This document shows, piece by piece, positions 15,421-25,984 of a stretch of 64,000 nt of DNA. Positions within the stretch are counted from its first letter, which is position 1, and each line of letters starts with the position of its first letter. This stretch comes from Trueperaceae bacterium (GTDB lineage: Bacteria; Deinococcota; Deinococci; Deinococcales; Trueperaceae), in assembly GCA_034521815.1 (NCBI GenBank), contig JAXHLW010000013.1, positions 320,001 to 384,000 on the forward strand, read 5' to 3'. Below the pieces are notes generated by a model. That model was not told the DNA's origin, made no database searches, and saw nothing but the letters and a program-made list of their open reading frames with translations. A program made the translations under genes and the position numbers.

Positions 15421-15425
15421 TAAGA

Positions 15426-15446
15426 TCTGAGCGACAGTCGCTCAAG
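15426..15446. promoter_or_regulatory. HAIR-like dyad (putative HspR operator)
   Basis: TCTGAGC-N7-GCTCAAG against the HAIR consensus CTTGAGT-N7-ACTCAAG; perfect inner dyad TGAGCGAC-A-GTCGCTCA; ends 4 nt upstream of the -35. Confidence 0.6.
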
Positions 15447-15450
15447 CGAC

Positions 15451-15480
15451 TTGACAGGTAGCCTCCGACACGCATAGCAT
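15451..15480 (+). promoter_or_regulatory. SigA-type promoter of groESL
   Basis: TTGACA (15451-15456) - 18 nt - TAGCAT (15475-15480). Confidence 0.8.
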
Positions 15481-15488
15481 GAGCGCAA

Positions 15489-15515
15489 TTGGCACTCCCG
15501 GACAGCGAGTGCCAA
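15489..15515. promoter_or_regulatory. CIRCE element (HrcA operator)
   Basis: TTGGCACTC-N9-GAGTGCCAA, a perfect dyad with one symmetric change from TTAGCACTC-N9-GAGTGCTAA, upstream of groES. Confidence 0.9.
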
Positions 15516-15586
15516 GTCACGTGGGCCCGGCCCCGTCTCCGACCAGGCCGGTCCACGAAATCCCACACGTCCCGATGGAGGACCCT

Positions 15587-17558
<1,972 letters not shown>

Positions 17559-17607
17559 TCGGTCCTGCCCCCCGCCGGCCCACCGGCCGGTAGCACGATG
17601 CACCGCC

Positions 17608-17641
17608 ACGCGCGCCCCGGACCGAGGTCCGGGGCGCGCGT
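17608..17641. terminator. Strong hairpin between convergent groEL and gpmI
   Basis: 16-bp perfect inverted repeat ACGCGCGCCCCGGACC-ga-GGTCCGGGGCGCGCGT. Confidence 0.7.
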
Positions 17642-17657
17642 CGTGGTGCTTCCGGGC

Positions 17658-19217
17658 TCAGGGCCGAACGATCAACGATCGGCCCGTCATCTCCTCGGGC
17701 TGGTCGACCCCCAGCAGCTCCAGCACCGTCGGCGCCACGTCGCCCAGCACGCCGCCGTCGCGCAGACGCAGCGAGCCCGCGCCGACGACCACGAACGGCA
17801 CGGGGTTCGTCGTGTGCGCCGTGTGCGGACCGCCTCCCTCGGCGATCATCTGCTCGGCGTTGCCGTGGTCGGCCAGCACCAGCACGACGCCCCCTTTCGC
17901 GCTCGTCGCCTCGACCACCGCGCCGAGCCCCTCGTCCGCCGCCTCGCACGCGCGGATCGCGGCCTGCAGGTCGCCGGTATGGCCGACCATGTCGGGGTTC
18001 GCGTAGTTGATCAGGACGAAGTCGTCGTCGTGCTCCCGCAGCCGCTTCAGCGTGGCCGCGGTGAGCTCGGGGGCGCTCATCTCGGGCTGCAGGTCGTACG
18101 TGGCGATCTTCGGTGAGGGCTCGATGTGGCGTTCCTCGCCGGGGAACGGCGTCTCGGCCTTGGCGTTGAAGAAGTAGGTCACGTGCGGGTACTTCTCCGT
18201 CTCCGCGGTGTGGTACTGCGCGAGCCCGGCGTCCGCGAGGACCTCGGCCAGACACCGCTCGACCGTCGGCATCGCGAGCGCGTACGGCACGTCCAGCGTC
18301 TCCTCGTACGGCATCAGCGTCGCGAACGCGAGGTCCGGCCGGGCGCAGCGCTCGAACGCGTCGAACCCGTCGTCGGCCAGGGCGTGACTCAGCTGCCGGG
18401 CGCGGTCGGCCCGGAAGTTGAAGAACAGCGCGGCGTCTCCGTCGGAGACCGTACCGACCGGCCCGTCCTCGTCCTCGATCACGGTGGCGCGGACGAACTC
18501 GTCGGTCTCGCCGCGGTCGTACGCGGCGGCGATCGCCTCCTCGGCGGAGCGTGCCGTACGGACGCCCTCGCCGCACACCACCGCCCGGTACGCCTCGGCG
18601 GTCCGGTCCCAGCGCCGATCCCGATCCATCGCGTAGTAGCGGCCGATCACCGTCGCGACCCGCGCGTCGATCGGCAACGACGCCATCCGCTCCGTCAGCT
18701 CGCGAAGGTAGCCGCGGCCGCTGTCCGGCGCGGTGTCGCGGCCGTCGGTGAACGCGTGGACGCGCACCCGTCGTACCCCACGCAGCCGGGCCAGCTCCAG
18801 CAGGCCGAACAGGTGCTCCAGATCGCTGTGCACGCCGCCTCGGCTGACGAGCCCCATCAGGTGCAGCGTGCCGTCTTCGGCCTCGCGGCACAGGTTCACC
18901 AGAACGTCGTTCTCGAACAGCGACGCGTCGTCGATGCGGTTCTGGACGTACGCCAGGCTCTGTTCCACGATGCGCCCGGCGCCCAGGTTCATGTGGCCGA
19001 CCTCGCTGTTGCCCATCTGGCCCTCGGGAAGCCCGACGGCCCTGCCCGAGGCTTGCAGCGTGCTGTGGGGCTGGTCGCTCCAGATCGCGTCGAACGTGGG
19101 GGTGTCGGCTTGCGTCACGGCGTTGCCGGGGCCGTCTGGGGCGATGCCGAAGCCGTCGAGCACCACCAGCACCACGGGGCGGGGCTTGCCTTGATCGTCG
19201 GTCCTATCGTGGGTCAT
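17658..19217 (-). CDS. gpmI: 2,3-bisphosphoglycerate-independent phosphoglycerate mutase
   Basis: VLDGFG, MGNSEVGH, DGRDT, GRYYAMDRD, AETEKYPHVTYFFN, ADHGNAE. Confidence 0.97.
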   Translation of the reverse strand: MTHDRTDDQGKPRPVVLVVLDGFGIAPDGPGNAVTQADTPTFDAIWSDQPHSTLQASGRAVGLPEGQMGNSEVGHMNLGAGRIVEQSLAYVQNRIDDASLFENDVLVNLCREAEDGTLHLMGLVSRGGVHSDLEHLFGLLELARLRGVRRVRVHAFTDGRDTAPDSGRGYLRELTERMASLPIDARVATVIGRYYAMDRDRRWDRTAEAYRAVVCGEGVRTARSAEEAIAAAYDRGETDEFVRATVIEDEDGPVGTVSDGDAALFFNFRADRARQLSHALADDGFDAFERCARPDLAFATLMPYEETLDVPYALAMPTVERCLAEVLADAGLAQYHTAETEKYPHVTYFFNAKAETPFPGEERHIEPSPKIATYDLQPEMSAPELTAATLKRLREHDDDFVLINYANPDMVGHTGDLQAAIRACEAADEGLGAVVEATSAKGGVVLVLADHGNAEQMIAEGGGPHTAHTTNPVPFVVVGAGSLRLRDGGVLGDVAPTVLELLGVDQPEEMTGRSLIVRP

Positions 19218-20080
19218 GCGGTCGTACCTCCAGGGGGGTCGTCGGATCGCCAGCGTCCGAGCACCCGGGCGATCCGTGGGTCGAGACGATCCAGATCGGA
19301 TTCGTCGATGTCGCGAATCGGTCGGCCCTCGTCGAGGGCGACGCGGTGACGTGCCGCCTGGGCCAGCTGCGGCTTCAGCTCCGGCGACGCCAGCACCTGC
19401 GGCAGCAGCTCCAGCAGCCGGCCGTCCAGCGCCTCGACGGCCAGGGCACGTGCCACCACGAGCTCGTCGTCGGACAGCTCGAGCGTGGCGGCGGCCGGGT
19501 CGGTCACCAGCCGCTCGGCAGCGGCGCGGACGCCGTGGTCGGCGCGGTAGCGCCTGCAGGCGTCGCACGGCCCCGGATCGGGCGAGAGGGCGCCGCAGTA
19601 CGGACAGGGCGTCCAGCCAGCCTCCTGAGCCCAGCGACGATGCGTCAGCATCGCACGCGCCGCCGCCAGCGCCGGTCCCGCGAGCTCGCTGGGCAGGTCC
19701 AGCGCGCCGAGCTCGGCCGCCAGCGCCGACCACGCCTCGGGGTCGGGGTCGCGACGGGGGGGAGCGGTCGAGACGGCGGGCGGCTCGGTCCTGCGGCCTG
19801 CCGCGAAACGGATGTCGCGCACCTCCCGGCGGCCGAGATGCCGCTCGTACGCCTCGAGGAAGCGGGCGCGCTGCAGCGACAGGTGCATCGCGGTCTCGCT
19901 GTCCGAGACGTCGACGAGCAGGACGCCGGACCGCAGCGCGCGTGCCTGCGCGAAGCGTGCCAGCTCCGGCCCGACGATCCGTGGCCAGGCGACCACGGCC
20001 TCGGCACGACGAACCGCGCGCAGCATGCCGCCCCGCCGGAAGAACTCGCCGATCACGTCGCGAACGTGTCTCTCAGGCAT
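19214..20080 (-). CDS. DUF721/DciA-like protein with Zn-ribbon and C-terminal extension
   Basis: AWPRIVGPELAR..GVLLVDV..HLSLQRARFL..IRF; CPYC..CDAC; overlaps the recF stop. Confidence 0.8.
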   Translation of the reverse strand: MPERHVRDVIGEFFRRGGMLRAVRRAEAVVAWPRIVGPELARFAQARALRSGVLLVDVSDSETAMHLSLQRARFLEAYERHLGRREVRDIRFAAGRRTEPPAVSTAPPRRDPDPEAWSALAAELGALDLPSELAGPALAAARAMLTHRRWAQEAGWTPCPYCGALSPDPGPCDACRRYRADHGVRAAAERLVTDPAAATLELSDDELVVARALAVEALDGRLLELLPQVLASPELKPQLAQAARHRVALDEGRPIRDIDESDLDRLDPRIARVLGRWRSDDPPGGTTA

Positions 20081-21122
20081 CGTCGCGCAGCTCTCCGGCT
20101 TCGATCAGAAGCCGCCGGTCGGCGTGCGGAGGTGGCTCGGTTCCCGACACCAGCGCCTGCGGCCGGCGGGTCGACAGCGCCAGCAGGTAGGCGCGACGAT
20201 CCGCGTCGAGCTCGGCCGAGAAGTCGTCGAGCAGGAGGATCGGCGGCTCGCGATGCTTCTCTTCGAGAAGGTGCATCTCGGCCACCCGGAGCGCCAGCGC
20301 CGTGGTTCGGGCCTCGCCCCGCGACCCGAACGTCTGGACGCTCCGCTCGTCGAGCTCCAGCGACAGATCGTCGCGGTGGGGTCCGACCACGGTCGCGCCG
20401 CGAGCCCGCTCCTCGGACGCCGTCGCGGCGAGCGCCTCGCGCAGCGGACGATCGCCTTGGGCGCGCTGCAAGCGGACCGACAGCGTCTTGGGGCCCCCCG
20501 CCACGTCGGCGTACACCGAGCGCGCGAGCTCGTCGGCACGATGCACGGCTCGGACGCGAAGATCGCCGATCTCGTCGCCGAGGTCGGCCAGCCGATCGCC
20601 GAACACGGCGAGGAGCGTCGCGTCGACGTGGCCCCGCAGCACGGCGTTGCGCTGCTCGAGCACCTTGGCGTACTCGCGCGAGAGCGCGGCGTGGCGGGGC
20701 GACAGCCGATTCAGGAGGTCGTCCAGCCAGCCGCGACGACCCGAGGGCCCCCCGTGCACGAGCTCCGCGTCTTCGGGCGTGATCCGGACCGCCGCCGAGA
20801 CGCGGGCCAGATCGGCCTGCCGGACCGTCTGCCCGTCGAGACGCAGCAGCTTCCTGCCCGCGGCGAGCCCCACGTGCACCTCCGCGATCCCGTCCGCGTG
20901 CTCGACGCGGGCCGCCACGAACCCCTCGTCGATTCCCCAGCGCAGGGCGTCGCGAATGCGGCCGCCCGGCAGGTCGCCGCTCGCGGCGAGGTAGCACGCG
21001 TCGAGCAGGTTCGACTTGCCCGCGGCGTTGGGACCCACCACGGCCGTCACCCCGGGGCCCAGCGAGAGCTCCGGGGTGACCAGGTTGCGAAACGCGTACT
21101 GCCGCAGCGCCCGAAGGATCAC
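20073..21122 (-). CDS. recF: DNA replication/repair protein RecF
   Basis: FRNL, GPNAAGKSNLL, GPSGRRGWLD, VGPHRDDL, GSRGE, PILLLDDFSAELD; leaderless GTG. Confidence 0.95.
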   Translation of the reverse strand: MILRALRQYAFRNLVTPELSLGPGVTAVVGPNAAGKSNLLDACYLAASGDLPGGRIRDALRWGIDEGFVAARVEHADGIAEVHVGLAAGRKLLRLDGQTVRQADLARVSAAVRITPEDAELVHGGPSGRRGWLDDLLNRLSPRHAALSREYAKVLEQRNAVLRGHVDATLLAVFGDRLADLGDEIGDLRVRAVHRADELARSVYADVAGGPKTLSVRLQRAQGDRPLREALAATASEERARGATVVGPHRDDLSLELDERSVQTFGSRGEARTTALALRVAEMHLLEEKHREPPILLLDDFSAELDADRRAYLLALSTRRPQALVSGTEPPPHADRRLLIEAGELRDDA

Positions 21123-21184
21123 GCCGCCAGCATACCGCCGTGCCCGTCGGGCTCCGTACCGGCGCGTGGTAGCGTCGCGGCGAC

Positions 21185-22075
21185 GTGAGCGACGCCTCCG
21201 ACAGCGGTGCGAGGGACGGGCCGAGCGGCCGCGACGGCGATCGCGGCGGCCGTCGCGGCGGCTCCGGGAACCGCGACCGCATGCGCGACCACGCGCTGGG
21301 GCCGTGGCGGGAGGTCTCGCTACGGACCGTGACCGACCCGCGAGCGGCGAGGCTCCTGTCCGATCCCGACTGGGTGCCTTGGATCGAGCCGTTTCTGGGG
21401 CGGACGCGCAGCATCGCCGAGGCCGCGAAGGCGCTGGGTCGTCCCCTCGACGCCGTCCGCTACCGCGTGCGCAAGCTTCACGAGGTCGGCGTGCTCGAGG
21501 TCGTAGCGCAGCGAAAGCGTGCGGGCAGGCCGATTCGGCTGTACCGCACCGTCGCCGACGGCTTCGTGGTTCCGTTCGAGTCGACGCCGTTCGTCGACCT
21601 CGAGGAGCGCATCCTGGCGACGATGACCGCGCAAGCCCGCAGCTTCGCGCGCAGCGCGGCGCAGCTGTTGCGCGAGGGCGGAGCCGAGGCGCGCAGGATC
21701 TACCGCGCACCCGACGGCACGGTGCATCAGGAGTCCGCGGCCGACGACGCCATGCTCGCTGCCGCCGCAGAACGCGACCCGATCGAGAGCCTCGCTCTCG
21801 AGGTGTCGCTGCCGCGCAGCGTGGCGCGCCAGCTGCTGCGCGACATGATCGCCCTGGCGCAGCGCGCCGAGCGGCTCGACGTCGAGCGGGCCGACGGCGA
21901 GGCGTCCGACGGCGAACGGTCCGCCGGCGTGGGGCGCGACGATGATGTGCGCGACGCAGGTGCGCGCGACGCAGGTGCGCTCGATGCCGAGCGCGAGGTC
22001 CAGGCGTCCTCGGGCCCGGTTCGGCGCTACCTTCTGGCGTTGCAGATCGGGCCGGTGCCCGATGCCGACGACTGA
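21185..22075 (+). CDS. Winged-HTH (ArsR-like) DNA-binding protein
   Basis: PFLGRTRSIAEAAKALGRPLDAVRYRVRKLHEVGVLEV..AGRPIRLYRTVADGFVVPF; start uncertain. Confidence 0.7.
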   Translation: MSDASDSGARDGPSGRDGDRGGRRGGSGNRDRMRDHALGPWREVSLRTVTDPRAARLLSDPDWVPWIEPFLGRTRSIAEAAKALGRPLDAVRYRVRKLHEVGVLEVVAQRKRAGRPIRLYRTVADGFVVPFESTPFVDLEERILATMTAQARSFARSAAQLLREGGAEARRIYRAPDGTVHQESAADDAMLAAAAERDPIESLALEVSLPRSVARQLLRDMIALAQRAERLDVERADGEASDGERSAGVGRDDDVRDAGARDAGALDAEREVQASSGPVRRYLLALQIGPVPDADD

Positions 22076-22137
22076 GGCGGCGCGCGATCGTCGGGGGCGG
22101 AGCGCTCGACGCTCGTACGGACTGCTACGCTGAACGC

Positions 22138-23373
22138 ATGACGGTCCTGGATGCCTCGCGACTGCGAGGCGATTTTCCGATCCTTACGCGCGAGGTGCAC
22201 GGCAAGCCGCTGATCTACCTGGATCACGCCGCCTCGTCTCAGCGTCCGCGCGCCGTGATCACCGCGGTGGCGAATCACTACGAGCGCCACCACGCCAACG
22301 TTCACCGCGGAGCGCACCAGCTCTCGGCCGAGGCGACCGAGCGCTACGAGGACGCCCGCGCGGTCGTGGCCCGGTTCCTGGGCGCGCCCTCGGAGCGGTC
22401 GCTGGTCTTCGTGCGGAACGCGACCGAAGGGATCAACCTGCTGGCACGAGCCTGGGGCGACGCGAACCTCGAGGCGGGCGACGAGATCGTCGTGACGGTC
22501 GCCGAGCACCACGCGAACCTCGTCCCCTGGCAGCAGGCCGCTCAGCGCACCGGGGCCCGGATCGTCGCCGTCCCGCTGGGCGAGGATCAGCGACTGGACC
22601 TGGACGCGTACCGTGGCCTGCTGGGGCCGCGAACGAAGGTGGTGGCGGTCGCGCACATGTCCAACGTCCTCGGCGTGGTGCATCCCGTCGCCGAGATCGC
22701 GGAGATGGCTCACCGGGTCGGGGCCCAGGTGTTCGTCGACGGCGCGCAGGCCGCTGCGCACCTGCCGGTCGACGTCACCGCCCTGGGCGCGGACGCGTAC
22801 GTCGTCTCGGGGCACAAGATGCTGGGACCGACGGGGATCGGCGCGCTCTGGGCGCGCGAGGACCTGCTCGCGTCCATGCCTCCCTTCCTGGGAGGGGGCG
22901 AGATGATCCGCACCGTCGAGATCGAGCGCTCGACGTACGCCGACATCCCGATGCGATTCGAGGCGGGCACGCCCGCCGTGGCCGAGGCGGTCGGGCTGGC
23001 CGAAGCGGTGCGCTACCTGGAGCGGGTGGGGATGGCGAACGTCTGGGACCACGACCGCGCGCTCGCGGAACGCATGCTCCAGCGCTTCGACGCGCTGGAC
23101 GACGTCCGCGTGTTCGGGCCGCGCGGGCCGGACCGCGGAGGGATCCTGCCGTTCGTGATCGAGGGGATCCACCCGCACGACGTCGCGAGCGCGCTCGACG
23201 CCGAAGGCATCGCGGTCCGTGCGGGCCACCACTGCGCCCAGCCGCTCATGCGAGCGTTGGGCGTGCCGTCCACGGTGCGCGCCAGCACCCATCTCACCAC
23301 GCTGGACGACGAGATCGACGCGCTCGCCGCCGGCGTGGCCTCGGCCCGCGACTTCTTCGCGGCGTTCGCATGA
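22138..23373 (+). CDS. sufS: SufS cysteine desulfurase
   Basis: YLDHAASSQRP, HANVHRG, EHHAN, SGHKMLGPTGIG, RAGHHCAQP. Confidence 0.96.
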   Translation: MTVLDASRLRGDFPILTREVHGKPLIYLDHAASSQRPRAVITAVANHYERHHANVHRGAHQLSAEATERYEDARAVVARFLGAPSERSLVFVRNATEGINLLARAWGDANLEAGDEIVVTVAEHHANLVPWQQAAQRTGARIVAVPLGEDQRLDLDAYRGLLGPRTKVVAVAHMSNVLGVVHPVAEIAEMAHRVGAQVFVDGAQAAAHLPVDVTALGADAYVVSGHKMLGPTGIGALWAREDLLASMPPFLGGGEMIRTVEIERSTYADIPMRFEAGTPAVAEAVGLAEAVRYLERVGMANVWDHDRALAERMLQRFDALDDVRVFGPRGPDRGGILPFVIEGIHPHDVASALDAEGIAVRAGHHCAQPLMRALGVPSTVRASTHLTTLDDEIDALAAGVASARDFFAAFA

Positions 23374-23380
23374 GGTCCGC

Positions 23381-23827
23381 ATGTCGCTGATGGAGCAGAT
23401 CTACAAACAGGTGATCATCGACCGGAGTCGCCGGCCCAAGCACCGGGGCACGCTGGCTGCACCCGATATCGAGCAGGAGGGCGTGAACCCGTCGTGCGGC
23501 GACGAGCTGCGTCTGTCGCTGCGGGTCGAGGACGGGCGGATCGCCGAAGCGGCGTTCGACGGGCACGGCTGCGCCATCAGCCAGGCGGCGGCCGACCTGA
23601 TGGCGGAGGCGCTCGAGGGACGCACCCTGGACGAGGCGAGCCGACTGGCCGCAGGGTTCAAGCGCATGATTCGCGGCGAGGAGGTCGGCGACGACCTCGA
23701 GCTGGGCGACCTGCGCGCGCTCGAAGGGATCCGCAAGCTGCACGCCCGCGTGAAGTGCGCGACGTTGCCGTTCACGACGCTCGAGCAGGCGCTGCACGGC
23801 GACGGTGGCGTCGCGACGGAGGAGTAG
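23381..23827 (+). CDS. sufU: SufU-type Fe-S assembly protein
   Basis: NPSCGD, GCAISQA, ARVKCATL with the SufU-type insert. Confidence 0.93.
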   Translation: MSLMEQIYKQVIIDRSRRPKHRGTLAAPDIEQEGVNPSCGDELRLSLRVEDGRIAEAAFDGHGCAISQAAADLMAEALEGRTLDEASRLAAGFKRMIRGEEVGDDLELGDLRALEGIRKLHARVKCATLPFTTLEQALHGDGGVATEE

Positions 23828-23860
23828 CAGCCAGCCTCCTCACGCGTCGGTCGGCCGCGC

Positions 23861-23901
23861 CACGCCTCTACGTCACGCCTCTACGTCACGCCTCCGCGTC
23901 A
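23861..23901. repeat. 13-bp tandem repeat echoing the divIVA stop region
   Basis: cacgcctctacgt cacgcctctacgt cacgcctccgcgt ca; TCA at 23873, 23886, 23899. Confidence 0.85.
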
Positions 23902-24363
23902 CTCCTCGTCCGTGGGGTGGAGGTCCTGTTCGCTCAGTCGACGCGCGCTCTCGGTATCGACACGTTCCAGGCTGTGCCCGTACGCCTGGAGCATGCCGCG
24001 GAACTGGTCGCGGAAGTCGTCCCGCAAGGTTCGCAGCCGCGCGATGTCCGCCTCGATCGAGCGACGGTCCACGTCGGCCTGCTCGACGATCAGGCGCGCC
24101 TCGTGGCGAGCGTTCTCCCGCATCTGGTTGCCGATCCGCTCGGCGGCGACGACGGCCTGACGCAGGTCCGCCTCGGCCGATTCCAGCGCCTCGATCCTGC
24201 GCTGCTGCTCCGCGAGCTGATCACGTGCGCTCTGCAGCTCCTTGAGCAGCTCCTCGCGCTCGGCGGCGACGCGCTCCAGGAACCCGCGCACCTGAGCGCG
24301 CCGGTAGCCCGACACGCCCCTCTCGAACTCCATGTGCTGGATGTCCAGCGGGCTCAGCCTCAC
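23899..24363 (-). CDS. divIVA: DivIVA domain protein
   Basis: LSPLDIQHMEFERGVSGYRRAQVRGFL followed by coiled coil; GTG overlaps the yggS stop. Confidence 0.9.
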   Translation of the reverse strand: MRLSPLDIQHMEFERGVSGYRRAQVRGFLERVAAEREELLKELQSARDQLAEQQRRIEALESAEADLRQAVVAAERIGNQMRENARHEARLIVEQADVDRRSIEADIARLRTLRDDFRDQFRGMLQAYGHSLERVDTESARRLSEQDLHPTDEE

Positions 24364-25061
24364 GTCGCTCCCTCCTCCGGGTCCGCCTCGACCGGGTCCG
24401 CCTCGACCGCGTCCGACTCGAACAGCGCGGTGCCGATCCGAACCATCGTGGCGCCCTCCTCGATCGCGACCTCGAAGTCGCCGCTCATCCCCATCGACCG
24501 CTCCGCCAGACCCAGCTCGTCCGCCAGCCGGCCGAGCTCGCGGAAGTACGGTCGCGCCTGCTCGGGGTCGTCTGCGAACGGGGCGATCGCCATCAGTCCT
24601 ATCACCTCGACGTGGGACAGGTCTCGGCAGTGGCGCAAGAGCGAAGCGACCTCGGCGCTCGCGACGCCCTGCTTGGCGTCCTCGCCAGCGACGTCCACCT
24701 CGATCAGCGCCTCGAAACGGTGGTCCCGACGCTGGCCCTGGTCCTGCATCGCGTCCGCCAGCCGGCGGGAGTTGAGCGAATGGACCGTGCTCACGCCGCC
24801 ATCGGCGAGGTACTTCACCTTGTTGCGCTGCAGCGAGCCGACGAAATGCCAGCGGATCTCGGACGGCAGGTCGGCAGCCTTGTCGCGCCACTCTTGGGCT
24901 CGATTCTCGCCGAGGTCGAGAAGGCCGCGGTCCACCAGGCGGTGCCGGATCTCGTCCGCGTCGTGCCCTTTCGTGACGCCGATCAGGCGGACGCCGGACG
25001 GGTCCCTGCCCACGCGCTCGCAGGCCGCCACGATCCGACCTCGCACGCTCGCCAGGCTCAC
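24360..25061 (-). CDS. yggS: YggS/PLP homeostasis protein
   Basis: LIGVTK, LGENRAQE, WHFVGSLQRNKVK, GLMAIAP, SMGMSGDFEVAIEEGATMVRIGTALF. Confidence 0.95.
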   Translation of the reverse strand: MSLASVRGRIVAACERVGRDPSGVRLIGVTKGHDADEIRHRLVDRGLLDLGENRAQEWRDKAADLPSEIRWHFVGSLQRNKVKYLADGGVSTVHSLNSRRLADAMQDQGQRRDHRFEALIEVDVAGEDAKQGVASAEVASLLRHCRDLSHVEVIGLMAIAPFADDPEQARPYFRELGRLADELGLAERSMGMSGDFEVAIEEGATMVRIGTALFESDAVEADPVEADPEEGAT

Positions 25062-25897
25062 AGCTCGGGCAGCACCGAGCGGACCAGACGTCGGAACGTC
25101 GCTCCCGAGGCGGCCGCCACCTCGAGCACCTCGTCCTCGTCGGCGTGATGATCGCGGTCGGGGATGGCGAGGTCGGTGACCGTCGAGATGCCCACCACGC
25201 GCATCCCCTCGTGCCTGGCGGCCATCACCTCGAACACCGTCGACATGCCGATCGCGTCGGCACCCCACGACCTGAACGCGCGCAGCTCGGCACGCGTCGC
25301 GTAGCTCGGACCGCTGACCGCGAGGTACACGCCCTCGCGAAGCGGAACGTCCAGTCTCCGGGCCGCGTTCCGAACGACGTCCTGGTAGGCCTCGTCGTAC
25401 GCCCCGAACAGGACGGGGAAGCGAGGCCCGAGCTCCGCGTCGTTCGGACCGATCAGCGGGTTCTGAAAGGTGTGGTTGATGAAGTCCAGCTGCAGCATCA
25501 GGTCGCCGGCGCGCCAGTTCGGATTCAGCCCGCCGCACGCGTTGGACACCAGCAGCCGCTCCGCGCCCAGGGCGTGCATGACCCGCACCGGAAAGGCGAC
25601 CTGCGCCGCCGGCACGCCGTCGTACGGATGGAGCCGGCCCCGCATCGCCACGACCGGGCGCCCGTCCAGGGTGCCGAGCACCAGCCGGCCGGCGTGCCCG
25701 GGGGCGCTGCTGGCCACGAAGCCGGGGATCTCGCCGTAGGGGATCTCGGCCGAGATCTCGATCTCGTCGGCCAGCGGGCCGAGGCCGGAGCCGAGCACCA
25801 GCGCGACCTCGGGTACGAGCGTCGTGGCGTCGCGGACGGCGGCGACCGCCTCGTCCCGAAGCGGGCTGCGGGTCACGAACCTCTGCACATCGTCCAT
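25058..25897 (-). CDS. punA: Purine-nucleoside phosphorylase (trimeric type)
   Basis: VLGSGLG, GHAGRL, RGRLHPYDG, SNACGGLN, DAIGMSTVFE. Confidence 0.93.
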   Translation of the reverse strand: MDDVQRFVTRSPLRDEAVAAVRDATTLVPEVALVLGSGLGPLADEIEISAEIPYGEIPGFVASSAPGHAGRLVLGTLDGRPVVAMRGRLHPYDGVPAAQVAFPVRVMHALGAERLLVSNACGGLNPNWRAGDLMLQLDFINHTFQNPLIGPNDAELGPRFPVLFGAYDEAYQDVVRNAARRLDVPLREGVYLAVSGPSYATRAELRAFRSWGADAIGMSTVFEVMAARHEGMRVVGISTVTDLAIPDRDHHADEDEVLEVAAASGATFRRLVRSVLPEL

Positions 25898-25984
25898 GTC
25901 GTCATGCTACCCGGTCGCTGGACGGGCGCCTGCGGGCGATGCAGGCGCCCACGCCGTTCTCATCGCGGGCGGTACACTGGCCGC

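Noticed and set aside
15479..15586. N-terminal extension of GroES suggested by the ORF track
   Set aside because: The region contains the -10 and CIRCE; the true start is ATG 15587 after GGAGG
22138..23827. sufS-sufU without sufBCD; similarly hom-thrC without thrB and malEFG without malK
   Set aside because: Split pathway genes are common in this phylum; the partners are probably elsewhere in the genome and cannot be judged from one window
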